This document shows, one piece after another, positions 17,922-26,935 of a DNA stretch of 64,000 nucleotides. The position numbers were made by a program, and so were the translations under genes. The notes under the pieces were generated by a model. The model did not search any database. It worked only from the letters and a program-made list of their open reading frames with translations, and had not been told where the DNA came from. Position 1 is the first letter of the stretch, and every line of letters starts with the position of its first letter. Source of the stretch: Minisyncoccota bacterium (GTDB lineage: Bacteria > Patescibacteriota > Minisyncoccia > UBA6257 > 2-01-FULL-56-20); the NCBI GenBank assembly GCA_025449695.1, contig JANWIW010000036.1, positions 320 through 64,319 on the forward strand, given 5' to 3'.

Positions 17922-19310
17922 ATGATGAGGAAACATTCCAAGATACTGTCTATAGCGCTCGCGGCCGTCACGCTCGCCGGCATTGCGCCGGCGGTCGTCT
18001 ATGCCGCGCCGCCTTCACCTGTCGCCACTATCGCCGGCCCGGCGTGCGTGCTTTTCCCCCGTAACCTGACGATGGGCATGCAGGGCGAGGACGTACGCGG
18101 GCTCCAACAGTTCCTAAACTCCCATGGGTTCGCCGTCGCAGCCTCCGGTCCCGGCTCCGCCGGAGCGGAAACCACGCTTTTCGGGGCGAGGACGCGTCAG
18201 GCGCTCGCCGGGTTCCAGCGCGTGAACGGGATCTCGCCCCCCGCCGGATACTTCGGCGCGATCAGCCGGGCCAAAGTGTCTGTGCTCTGCATGGGCGCAT
18301 CGGTCTCCGGCTCCGGGCAGGGCCTCACGACCACGATCACCCCGCTTCCTCCGGCGGCCAAAGCCGGCATAGGCGGCGCGAACGGCGTTGCCTTCACCCC
18401 GACCGTAGTAACTCCGCCGCCTTCCACGGTGGTGACCCCTCCGGCGACAGCAGCGGCGGTCCCGGCAGGCTCCATCGCGCCCCAGAGCGTTGTCGGCGTG
18501 TTGTGCACCTACCGCTGGGGCAATCGCACCCAGCTCATGAAGGGCTCCGGCGTCATCGTGAGCTCGCAAGGCTACGTCCTGACCGCGCGCCATATCGTAG
18601 ACCCGCGCTGGACCTACGATGTCTATCAAAGCACGCTGAACGCTGAACAGCGGGATATGTACATGAACGCCGTCCTTGATCACTGCGAGATCGGCCTGCC
18701 GGAACAGGGTACAGCCTTACCGGGCGGCGGCGACATCCGCCGGCTGAACCCCGGCACGTTGATCACCGGCCATTTCCAGTACCGGGCGGAGCCGTACTTC
18801 CTGCCGGGCCGCAACGGCCTTTCCGCAAGCGAGTACAACACTGCGGATTTCGCCGTACTCAAGGTGAGCGGTCCCGTGCCCAACTGCTCCTCCTGGAACC
18901 GGGAGTGTAACCTGGCGGGCGCCTTCCCTTACACGCCGGTCATGACGACCCCCCTGCCTGCGGCGGCGAGCGATGAGATCTTGAGCTACGGGTACCCCTC
19001 CACGCCGGGCGTGAACGATGCGGCCTCGAACTTCATGGCTTTCTATTTGAAAGGCGCCGTCGGCACGGTAGGAATGTATCTCTCCGGCGACCAGCGCTTC
19101 GCGGGCATGCCCATGAATTTCTCTTTCGATGCCCAAGATATCCATAATGGGCGCTCCGGCTCCCCCATCTTCCATCGCGGCAAGGTGGTGGGCATCCTGT
19201 ACGGGTCTACCTCGAGCCAGCAGTCCTTCAACCTGAGCATGCCGGCCATCATGGCCATACTGAAGGACGCGGGCCTGGACTCCGTGGCGTCATTTTCTCT
19301 GTCATCCTGA
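17922..19310 (+). CDS. Secreted peptidoglycan-binding-domain trypsin-like serine protease
   Basis: Signal peptide; G..GEDVRGLQQFLN PG-binding domain; GSG, LTARH, DFA, GRSGSP catalytic triad. Confidence 0.8.
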   Translation: MMRKHSKILSIALAAVTLAGIAPAVVYAAPPSPVATIAGPACVLFPRNLTMGMQGEDVRGLQQFLNSHGFAVAASGPGSAGAETTLFGARTRQALAGFQRVNGISPPAGYFGAISRAKVSVLCMGASVSGSGQGLTTTITPLPPAAKAGIGGANGVAFTPTVVTPPPSTVVTPPATAAAVPAGSIAPQSVVGVLCTYRWGNRTQLMKGSGVIVSSQGYVLTARHIVDPRWTYDVYQSTLNAEQRDMYMNAVLDHCEIGLPEQGTALPGGGDIRRLNPGTLITGHFQYRAEPYFLPGRNGLSASEYNTADFAVLKVSGPVPNCSSWNRECNLAGAFPYTPVMTTPLPAAASDEILSYGYPSTPGVNDAASNFMAFYLKGAVGTVGMYLSGDQRFAGMPMNFSFDAQDIHNGRSGSPIFHRGKVVGILYGSTSSQQSFNLSMPAIMAILKDAGLDSVASFSLSS

Positions 19311-19445
19311 GGTATTCCGAAGGATGACAGCTTTTCGAAGCCCGGTGATTAAGCCGGGATGAAGGCGCCTGTAAGGGCGCCTTTTCGGCGGCGTCATATA
19401 TCACGTACAAAGGTCGTCCAAAGCAACCAAATTGGAAACCCAACA

Positions 19446-20171
19446 ATGAAAAAGATTATTGCGGCGGCGGGCCTTATCGCCGTCATCGCTCTCGCGGTTG
19501 CAGCGCCGGCCAGCGCGGGAACGAACGCTTCCGCGAATGGCAGCGCCCGCACGGCGGTGAGCATCAACCCTGCGGGCAAGGTGCATCTTGCGGGCGCCGT
19601 TACGGCCGTTTCCGCCAGCTCCCTTACGGTAGCGAGCTGGCTCGGCAATTGGACGGTGAACATCGGGGCTGATACCCGCTTGAGCGCCAACACGGACGGC
19701 AAGAACGGGAAAGAGCAGATCGCGATCGGACAGATCCGCGTGGGCGACCGCGTGGCAGTGGACGGAGCGATCGCTTCCGGCATGACGGTGAGCGCCAACT
19801 CGGTGATCGACGTTTCGCTGAACCCGAACGCGCCGAGAAAGATCCTTGCCGGCGTCATCTCGAATCTTAACGCCGCGGCGCGCAGCTTCACGCTGACGCT
19901 CAAGAACGACACCACGGCCACCGTGAACCTGGCTTCCGATGCGAGCCTGCGCATCGGCAAGACCGTCACTACGACCGTAGCGAGCCTTCAGAACGGCATG
20001 CGCGTAAGCGTGTCCGGCGAGTGGAACCAGAGCACCAACACGTTGCTCGGCAAGCAGCTTGTCGGCATCGACGCTGCGACTGCTGCTAAAGTTGAAGCCA
20101 AGCACGATCACGACGGCAAGGCGAACGGCGGCCTGAAGCTCTTGATGAAGAGGCTTCTCGGCTGGCGGTAA
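19446..20171 (+). CDS. Secreted DUF5666-like protein (two OB-like repeats)
   Basis: Signal peptide; GAVTAVSASSLTV..VGDRVAVDG and second repeat GMRVSVSG. Confidence 0.7.
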   Translation: MKKIIAAAGLIAVIALAVAAPASAGTNASANGSARTAVSINPAGKVHLAGAVTAVSASSLTVASWLGNWTVNIGADTRLSANTDGKNGKEQIAIGQIRVGDRVAVDGAIASGMTVSANSVIDVSLNPNAPRKILAGVISNLNAAARSFTLTLKNDTTATVNLASDASLRIGKTVTTTVASLQNGMRVSVSGEWNQSTNTLLGKQLVGIDAATAAKVEAKHDHDGKANGGLKLLMKRLLGWR

Positions 20172-20183
20172 CTGCCTCCCAAC

Positions 20184-20222
20184 GGACCAAAAACGCGCCC
20201 TGTTAGGGGGCGTTTTTGGTCC
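20184..20222. terminator. Terminator hairpin
   Basis: GGACCAAAAACGC..GCGTTTTTGGTCC. Confidence 0.7.
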
Positions 20223-20308
20223 GTTCGCCGCGCTCACTTATTCACTTGCAGACGCGGACAATGCGTTATAACGTCAAAATAGATATTCGACGAAGGAGGA
20301 TAGTCCGG

Positions 20309-20734
20309 ATGAGAAAGCTCTACGTGCTGTGTGCCCTTCTCTGTGCCTGTTCCTTGCCCGCGCTCGCTGACAATCCCTCTCCCAAGCCCGTCCCTGCCAT
20401 GCGCTGCGCCCTCGGTACGCAGATCTGGCAGATCGAATGCGACGGGTTGAACGTGATCCCGGAGGTGCCGACCTGGCGAACTTACACTTCCAAAGACGGC
20501 GCCCTCGATCGCAAGGAGGGGAGGTTCGCCCGCCTGTCCATCGCCGGCGGATGGACGGTCGTCGAGATGTGGATCAGCGACCGCGCCGGCAATGTCATGG
20601 TCTTGCGCAATCAGCTGCGCCAGCGCGACGGGGTCCTCCAGCATCAAAAACATCCCGTGCCCGAAGAACACTGGTACGCGGACGGCAGGCACGTCATCTG
20701 CCCCTGTCCGGTCCCGGCAGTTGCCGAACACTGA
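20309..20734 (+). CDS. Secreted hypothetical protein
   Basis: AAGGAGGA SD, signal peptide ending ALA. Confidence 0.65.
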   Translation: MRKLYVLCALLCACSLPALADNPSPKPVPAMRCALGTQIWQIECDGLNVIPEVPTWRTYTSKDGALDRKEGRFARLSIAGGWTVVEMWISDRAGNVMVLRNQLRQRDGVLQHQKHPVPEEHWYADGRHVICPCPVPAVAEH

Positions 20735-20895
20735 GGGCGGGATGCCACTCGAACCAGGCGGCCATGTATTGGCCGCCTGAGATTTTTGGGAAAACAGGTT
20801 TCGCTGCAGGGTGTCTAGGATATACAAAACCGTACGGATCTGCAGATCACATTTTAATCTTGCGAATGCACTGGCGACCTGAGAGCAGTCATCTC

Positions 20896-21567
20896 TTACG
20901 GATCATTCCTGCCGTCGCCAGTGATGGGTATCTGCTCTCCCAAATATTTCGGCCTCCGTCCTCCTATCAGGTCAAGGACCGCCTTCTCGTCCGCGAACGT
21001 CTCGCGGATGTAGTTGCGGAACAGCACGTGGCCCCTATCGGCGGCCACCCCGGAGGCGTCTATACCAAGCTGGCGGGCGATAAAAACGGCGCGAGGCAGG
21101 TGGAACGACTGGGTGGTGACAAGTACCGAGGTGGCCTGGAAGATAGCGCGGGCGCGATACATGGTGCTGTAGGTGTCGAACCCCGCATGATCCAGGAAGA
21201 TATCACGGTCCGGGATGCCGCTCTCGAGAAGATACGTGCGGACGGGATTGACCTCATTGTGGCTCACGGTGCTGTTGTCGCCGGAGACAAGGATCTTCGA
21301 GACCTTCCCGGCCTTGTACAGCCGGATCGCCGCATCCGCGCGGTCCCGGAATATCCCGGAGAGCCCGCCGTTCCTCAGGATGGCGGCGCCGGGGATTATA
21401 GCTGCCTGGGCGGCCGGGGCTTCCGCGGCGCCGCTGTATATGTACGGCATGGTCCCGACCGCGATGACCGCGTTCGTGATGAGGATGAAAAGAACTACCG
21501 CTCCGCACCCGAATACGAGACAAAGAAGAAGGCGCTTCATTGCCATAAGTATAGCTTCCATGCTCAC
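20896..21567 (-). CDS. SanA/YdcF (DUF218, ElyC-like) protein
   Basis: ILVSGDN, DHAGFDTYSTMYRA, TQSFHLPRA, RE..A..KA, PKYLG. Confidence 0.9.
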   Translation of the reverse strand: MSMEAILMAMKRLLLCLVFGCGAVVLFILITNAVIAVGTMPYIYSGAAEAPAAQAAIIPGAAILRNGGLSGIFRDRADAAIRLYKAGKVSKILVSGDNSTVSHNEVNPVRTYLLESGIPDRDIFLDHAGFDTYSTMYRARAIFQATSVLVTTQSFHLPRAVFIARQLGIDASGVAADRGHVLFRNYIRETFADEKAVLDLIGGRRPKYLGEQIPITGDGRNDP

Positions 21568-21618
21568 GGTTACGCACTACTCTTCACAATCCTCCTTTCC
21601 TAAGGTTCAATTGAGCCA

Positions 21619-23136
21619 ATGCGCCCATTCCGGTTTTTTGCACTTTCACGTTTCGATCTCATCGCCTTCATAAGCGGCGCGGCGGTCATGGTCCTGGAAC
21701 TCGTCGGCTCGCGCCTGCTCGCCCCGTACGTGGGAACCTCGCTGCCGGTCTGGACCGCGCTCATCGGCATGATCCTCGCCAGCCTGAGCGTTGGCTACGC
21801 GATCGGCGGCCGGGCAGCCGACGCCCACCCGGAGCCTTCAGGCCTCGCATGGATCCTGGGATTTGCAAGCATCACCCTCCTCGGCATCGCCGCTTTCACG
21901 GACGTGGTCCTCGCGTGGATATTGAATTTCATCCCCGACCTGCGGGCAGCCGCGGTCATCGCCTCCGCGCTGCTTTTCAGCGTCCCGAGCATCCTCTTCG
22001 GCATGATCACGCCGTATATGGTACGTCTGAAGTTCGAGGCTCCGGAAAAGGTAGGCAAGACCACGGGCAACCTGTATGCCCTTTCCACGGTAGGCAGCAT
22101 CGCCGGCACGTTCGCGAGCGGCTTCTTCTTGATCCCCTATTTCGGCTCGCGTACGCTCATCATCATTCTGGGGTTCTGCGTCGCCTGCCTCATCTCTCTC
22201 ATTGACCCCAGGCGATACTGGAAAATCACCGCAGGCCTCTGCAGCCTGGCTGTTCTCGCCTACCTCGCCGTCACCGCGTTCTCCGCGATAGCGGCGGGAG
22301 CGGGCTTCGTCGAGCTCGATACCGGCTATAACCACGTCCGCATCATAAAGATGGAAGATGCGGCGACCGGGCGGCCCATTACGGTACTCCAGATGGGCAC
22401 GGAGACACATTCGGCCTCGTTCGAGGACAGCGACGAACCCGTGTTCCCCTACATAAGGTTCTATCGTCTGATCCGGCATTTGAACCCGGAAACGCAGAGG
22501 GCGCTCATGATAGGAGGAGGCGCATTTACGTACCCCCGGGACTACGCGGCCATGTTCCCCGAAGCGACGATGGATATCGTCGAGATCGACCCGGCGTTGC
22601 CCAAGCTCGCGGAGCAGTATTTCAGATTCTCGCCTTCGCCGCGACTACGGACCATCGCGGAGGATGGCCGCACCTTCGTGAACCGGGATCACGAGCCGTA
22701 TGACGCCATCTTCATAGACGCGTTCTCCTCGTACAATATCCCCTTCCACCTCACGACTCGTGAAGCAGTGGAGCGCTTCAGTCATCTCCTTGCTCCCGAA
22801 GGCGCGGTGCTCATGAACATCATCTCGCCGCTTGAAGGTCCGGAGACCAGGCTGCTCTCCGCGATCCACGCGACCTACCGTGCGGTGTTCCCCTACGTGT
22901 ATCTCTTCCAGGTCGAACCCCATAGCCCCCGGTCCCCGCAGAACCTCATGCTCGTGGCCATGGGGAAGGAGATCCCGCCGGCCAGGCTGGATACCTCGCT
23001 TGAGATATCGGATATGCTCGCCCTTCTTTACAAGCGCGATCTGGAAAGCGAGGTGCCCCCGCTCACCGACGACTTCGCGCCCGTCGAACAGTATGCGGCG
23101 GAGATCACCTCTTTGCGCAGGCGGTCGCCTTTTTGA
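21619..23136 (+). CDS. Fused membrane (MFS-like) / spermidine synthase-like methyltransferase
   Basis: N-terminal TMs (ELVGSRLLAPYVG), LMIGGGA, VEIDP, DAF, PFHLTTRE, LTDDFAPVE. Confidence 0.9.
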   Translation: MRPFRFFALSRFDLIAFISGAAVMVLELVGSRLLAPYVGTSLPVWTALIGMILASLSVGYAIGGRAADAHPEPSGLAWILGFASITLLGIAAFTDVVLAWILNFIPDLRAAAVIASALLFSVPSILFGMITPYMVRLKFEAPEKVGKTTGNLYALSTVGSIAGTFASGFFLIPYFGSRTLIIILGFCVACLISLIDPRRYWKITAGLCSLAVLAYLAVTAFSAIAAGAGFVELDTGYNHVRIIKMEDAATGRPITVLQMGTETHSASFEDSDEPVFPYIRFYRLIRHLNPETQRALMIGGGAFTYPRDYAAMFPEATMDIVEIDPALPKLAEQYFRFSPSPRLRTIAEDGRTFVNRDHEPYDAIFIDAFSSYNIPFHLTTREAVERFSHLLAPEGAVLMNIISPLEGPETRLLSAIHATYRAVFPYVYLFQVEPHSPRSPQNLMLVAMGKEIPPARLDTSLEISDMLALLYKRDLESEVPPLTDDFAPVEQYAAEITSLRRRSPF

Positions 23137-23230
23137 GGCGGTTTGGCGCGCTCATCTCCTAAGCCCATTACCTTATAACGGCCTTAGGGGACGGGGCAGA
23201 GGCAGTAAGGGCTGCGTACCCGTCTATATG

Positions 23231-23710
23231 TTACCTGCGGACGCGGAAAGCGAACCGGTACTCCGGGTCCAGCGCGTTCGGCGAACAGCGGGTATGAGTG
23301 GCCATGACGCTCCGAAAACCGGTGGCCGCATGCTGCACGCAGTACGCCTGCCAGAGCAGATGCGGGTCGACCGGATCCATGACGAAGCTCATGAAGGAAT
23401 GTCCGGTGGCCGTGAGCGCATGGTACTCGGCGATAGTGATGGCCGCGTTCCAGACGTGATCGATCTGCCGGTCGTTACACAGCCACTCAATCCACTCCAG
23501 GCCGGACAGTGCATTGGTGAAGGGATCCACAGCCAACTCGACGGGCTGGCCGTCCGCCGGGAGGACGCATCGCCCGAACTTGCTCTCGAAGGTGGAACAC
23601 ATCCTCCATCCTTTGAAGGCCACTGCACCGTGGAAGTCGCGCTCGGGAGTCACGGTAACCGTCTCATAGTGCTCCGCAGGCTGGACGAGAAGAGTGGTGA
23701 TCGATTTCAT
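23231..23710 (-). CDS. Hypothetical protein divergent from TrmB regulator
   Basis: GGAGG SD before ATG 23710; no known domain. Confidence 0.6.
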   Translation of the reverse strand: MKSITTLLVQPAEHYETVTVTPERDFHGAVAFKGWRMCSTFESKFGRCVLPADGQPVELAVDPFTNALSGLEWIEWLCNDRQIDHVWNAAITIAEYHALTATGHSFMSFVMDPVDPHLLWQAYCVQHAATGFRSVMATHTRCSPNALDPEYRFAFRVRR

Positions 23711-23900
23711 GAACTCCTCCATTGTTACGGGCAGGATTGCCCTTTTCTCTCGTCCCCTCGGACGAAACTGAGGATAAGATATCACCATTGGTTTAAATTG
23801 TCAATATTATATGACGCTTTTTAGCCTGAAAATAAAGTGTAAGAATGGATTCTGTGGAATTTAATTGACACAATTAAGACAAGGGTGTACTCTTCTCTAC

Positions 23901-24683
23901 ATGAGCCAACCATCTCGCGCGCTGAGGGCCTTGATGAACATGGGGTTCTCCGACCGGGAGGCATCGGTGTACCTGGCGCTCCTGGGGTTGGGCAAAGGTA
24001 CGGTTTCGGAAATAGCGAGGAGGGCCGCCATCAACCGGACCACAGGGTACGATATCCTCGATAGCCTGGTGGGCAAGGGCCTGGCCACCATCTCCGGCAA
24101 AGAACCGAAACAGGAATACGCGGCCGAATCCCCGGAAAAGATAAGGCGCTTCCTTGAATCACAACGGGACAAAGCTCAGGAAGCCCTTGCGGGAGCCGAA
24201 GAGATCATCCCCGAACTCAGATCTCTTTACAGCGTGAGGAGCAGGCCGCAGATACGGTTCTACGAGGGTAAAGAGGGCATGAAGGACGTCTATGAGGATA
24301 CCCTTTCCGCGGGCGAGGCCATCCGGGCATACGCCAACGTCGATGATATGCATAAAGCGCTGCCGGATTACTTCCCCCGGTACTACAAGCGCCGCTCCGA
24401 GAAAGGGATAAAAGTGCGGGCTATCGTTCCCGCGAACGCTGCGGGTATCGAGCGGGCCGGCCATGATACCGAGGAATCCCGGGAGACCGCGCTCGTCCCC
24501 GCGGACCAGTATTACTTCTCTCCCGAGATCAATATCTACGACAATAAGGTAGTGATCGCCTCCTGGCGGGAAAAACTGGGCATCATCATCGAAAGCGCGG
24601 AAATCGCCGACGCCATGAAAAAGATCTACGAGCTTGCCTGGACCGGAGCGAAAAACCTGGATGGTTCCGGACTCGGCGCCTGA
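23901..24683 (+). CDS. TrmB-family transcriptional regulator
   Basis: GFSDREASVYLALL, NRTTGYDIL HTH, IRFYEGKEG, INIYDNKV. Confidence 0.9.
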   Translation: MSQPSRALRALMNMGFSDREASVYLALLGLGKGTVSEIARRAAINRTTGYDILDSLVGKGLATISGKEPKQEYAAESPEKIRRFLESQRDKAQEALAGAEEIIPELRSLYSVRSRPQIRFYEGKEGMKDVYEDTLSAGEAIRAYANVDDMHKALPDYFPRYYKRRSEKGIKVRAIVPANAAGIERAGHDTEESRETALVPADQYYFSPEINIYDNKVVIASWREKLGIIIESAEIADAMKKIYELAWTGAKNLDGSGLGA

Positions 24684-24788
24684 GCAGAAGCGTACCGGTC
24701 TCCGGCGCCGGGGACGCCCTCAAGGATGACGACTTGAGTACCTGGCGCATGGCCTTTTTTTGCGCCGTGCGCCTGCTATAATCCCGGC

Positions 24789-25772
24789 ATGGGAGCAAAG
24801 CACGAATCGCTCGATTATCCCGAGGGCTTGGAACCGGTCCCGCTGGACAAGAGAGAGGTTATGGGATCGACCCTCGATCGTCTTCTCACCAAGAATCAGG
24901 GCGTTATCTTCGCGGCGAGCGGGCGCACCGAGCGCATCCTCCGCAAGGAAGCCGTCGACCCGCTCGAGTTCACTGACGTTTTTCTTCCGGAAGAGATATC
25001 TGCGGACATGAGACAGACGACCCTCAAGGAGGCCGGTTTCAAGGTTGTTGCCGGTCCGCAGCTGCTCATGGAGAAATTGGCTTTCGCCGCTGAGGGCCTG
25101 CTCTATCACCAGATAGGCGTTGCGGACTGGCTTTCCAGCGAAGGCGTGCGGACCTATGTAGAAAAAGCCTCTAAGCCCGACGATATTCTGCGCGGGAACG
25201 ACCTGGTCGTGGAGTTCGACATGGGCGGAGACAAAGAGCCGCTGGCGCTGAGCGTCGACCTCGCGGTCGGCCCGGACGCTTTTCGCAAGAAGATAGGGCA
25301 CATCCGGGAGAAGATCGATGCAGGGACCCTGACCGAGGTCCGGTATCATATCGGCCCGGACGGCGCCCACAATCCCCTTTCCCGTACCCCGAAAGTGGTC
25401 GTAGGCATGTCCCCCGAGAAAGCCGTGGCCGTTTCCCGGCTATGGACCAGCGAGGACAAGAATGATACGGCCAGACTGAAGGAACATCCGATCCAAGTTG
25501 CGATCGTCAGGCAAATCGACCTGCAGCTCAAGGCGTACGAGCAGTACGCGCGCGCCAAAGGCAAGACTGAGCTTGCGGAGCGTTTCGCAAGAGCGGGCGC
25601 CGCTGTCGGGAAGATATTGAAGGAGAAGGAATCGAAGCTCAAGGACGACCCAACGGCCGCGGCCGGGGATACCGTTGCCCAGATCCGCCTGGCCCTTACA
25701 GAGCTCTCTCCGGCCAAGACCGGCGACCGGCCATACGAGACCAACGTCAGGGCGAACCGCTGGCACGTCTGA
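24789..25772 (+). CDS. Hypothetical protein (PD-(D/E)XK-like D..D.V pattern)
   Basis: 327-aa ORF with TATAAT 6 nt upstream; KASKPDDILRGNDLVV motif. Confidence 0.75.
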   Translation: MGAKHESLDYPEGLEPVPLDKREVMGSTLDRLLTKNQGVIFAASGRTERILRKEAVDPLEFTDVFLPEEISADMRQTTLKEAGFKVVAGPQLLMEKLAFAAEGLLYHQIGVADWLSSEGVRTYVEKASKPDDILRGNDLVVEFDMGGDKEPLALSVDLAVGPDAFRKKIGHIREKIDAGTLTEVRYHIGPDGAHNPLSRTPKVVVGMSPEKAVAVSRLWTSEDKNDTARLKEHPIQVAIVRQIDLQLKAYEQYARAKGKTELAERFARAGAAVGKILKEKESKLKDDPTAAAGDTVAQIRLALTELSPAKTGDRPYETNVRANRWHV

Positions 25773-25863
25773 CGGCGGAACTGCCTGGCCTGCTTCGTAT
25801 ATGGAGTATCGCCCCTCGAAGAAAGGAGGTGCGGTCAATTCCAGTTTTTAGTTTTCCAGCAAC

Positions 25864-26106
25864 CTAAATACTGTCGTAAGTTTTCTCGCTGCGGCGCTCG
25901 ATAAGCAGGATGAGAACCGCTCCCTCTTTCGCGCGGTACACGATTCGCAGATCTCCCTTTCTAACCCGGAAAATGTCGTCTCTACCTTGGAGCTTTTTGA
26001 TATCCAATCCCTGCAACTTACCCGCTGCCAGTTTAGTAAGCACGTCTTTAACGCGGCTTCTTTCCTTGGAGGTAAGCTTCTGTAAGGCTTTCTCGATTGC
26101 GTCCAT
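25864..26106 (-). CDS. RelE/ParE-family toxin
   Basis: DIKKLQG..IFRVRKGDLRIVY; immediately downstream of the antitoxin. Confidence 0.88.
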   Translation of the reverse strand: MDAIEKALQKLTSKERSRVKDVLTKLAAGKLQGLDIKKLQGRDDIFRVRKGDLRIVYRAKEGAVLILLIERRSEKTYDSI

Positions 26107-26328
26107 TTAAAGACGGCTGATCAGATCGGCGATTGCAGCGCCCCCCTTCTTGATCTTCGTAAAATCAATGACCGGCTGCCAGAGATCATCCTCATCTGGA
26201 GAAGAAATCTTGAATACTGGCTTGGACTTCTTCATGACAATAAAAGAGCCGCCTTCCTTGATCTTTTCAATGTAAGTCTCGATGTTTTCCCGCAACTCTT
26301 TAAGTCCGATGGTGTGGAGGTTTTTCAT
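26107..26328 (-). CDS. Phd/YefM-family antitoxin
   Basis: IGLKELREN..YI..GGSFIVMKKSKPVFKI. Confidence 0.85.
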   Translation of the reverse strand: MKNLHTIGLKELRENIETYIEKIKEGGSFIVMKKSKPVFKISSPDEDDLWQPVIDFTKIKKGGAAIADLISRL

Positions 26329-26350
26329 GTCGGTAAGTTTAACTTAAGAT

Positions 26351-26368
26351 AAACTTGATGTCAAGTTT
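26351..26368. promoter_or_regulatory. Putative TA operator palindrome
   Basis: AAACTTGA-TG-TCAAGTTT overlapping the TTGACA of the TA promoter. Confidence 0.6.
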
Positions 26369-26384
26369 TTATCAAACAAATATA

Positions 26385-26794
26385 GGGTCAGGAATACGCT
26401 CGTATAAGAGTGTTTTCAGCTGTGCTTATAACCTAATTCTTCAAAGCATTCCTCTAGCTGCACCTTCAACTCTGACTTTCCTTTGCCACCCTTCAAGAAT
26501 TTCTCCCGGCGCTTAGCGTCTATTTCGGAGAGGTATGATTCGTAATAGACTAATCTCACTGGACGCCGATTCCTAGTGGCAAGAACATAGCCATTTTTGT
26601 GTTTCTCGATACGGACCTTAAGATCCGGCGTGTAGCCGGTGTAAAGTTCGCCATCCTTCTCGCTAAATAAGATGTACACATAGTACATTGGCCCAGCTTA
26701 ACTGTTTTATATCAATACTATCTAAATTGCTTGGGTGGTCAGCTTAGCTGACCATAACCCACGCTAAGCGTGGGTCAGGAATACGCTCGTATAA
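26385..26794 (-). mobile_element. Direct-repeat-flanked hairpin plus GIY-YIG mini-cassette
   Basis: 23-bp perfect repeat GGGTCAGGAATACGCTCGTATAA at 26385-26407 and 26772-26794. Confidence 0.65.
26416..26688 (-). CDS. GIY-YIG nuclease (YhbQ-like)
   Basis: MYYVYIL..LYTGYT.DL..R..KH.NG, DAKRREKFLK. Confidence 0.92.
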   Translation of the reverse strand: MYYVYILFSEKDGELYTGYTPDLKVRIEKHKNGYVLATRNRRPVRLVYYESYLSEIDAKRREKFLKGGKGKSELKVQLEECFEELGYKHS

Positions 26795-26935
26795 TAACCA
26801 TCCTGTCCGATTCGGCTTATATGGAGGACCTGCGGCAGAAGATGGCGAATGTGCTCGCTGCCTGAAAATGTCGGTTCTGTCGAAAATGACAGACCCCACG
26901 TGAACGTGAAGTCCGTCGTGGGGTAATAGTTACAG

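Noticed and set aside
26866-26930. Frame ending ..PHVNVKSVVG-stop, faintly like the recombinase end PVKISYAWG; alternative att at TGGGGT
   Set aside because: Similarity too weak to support; kept only as an alternative left boundary to test
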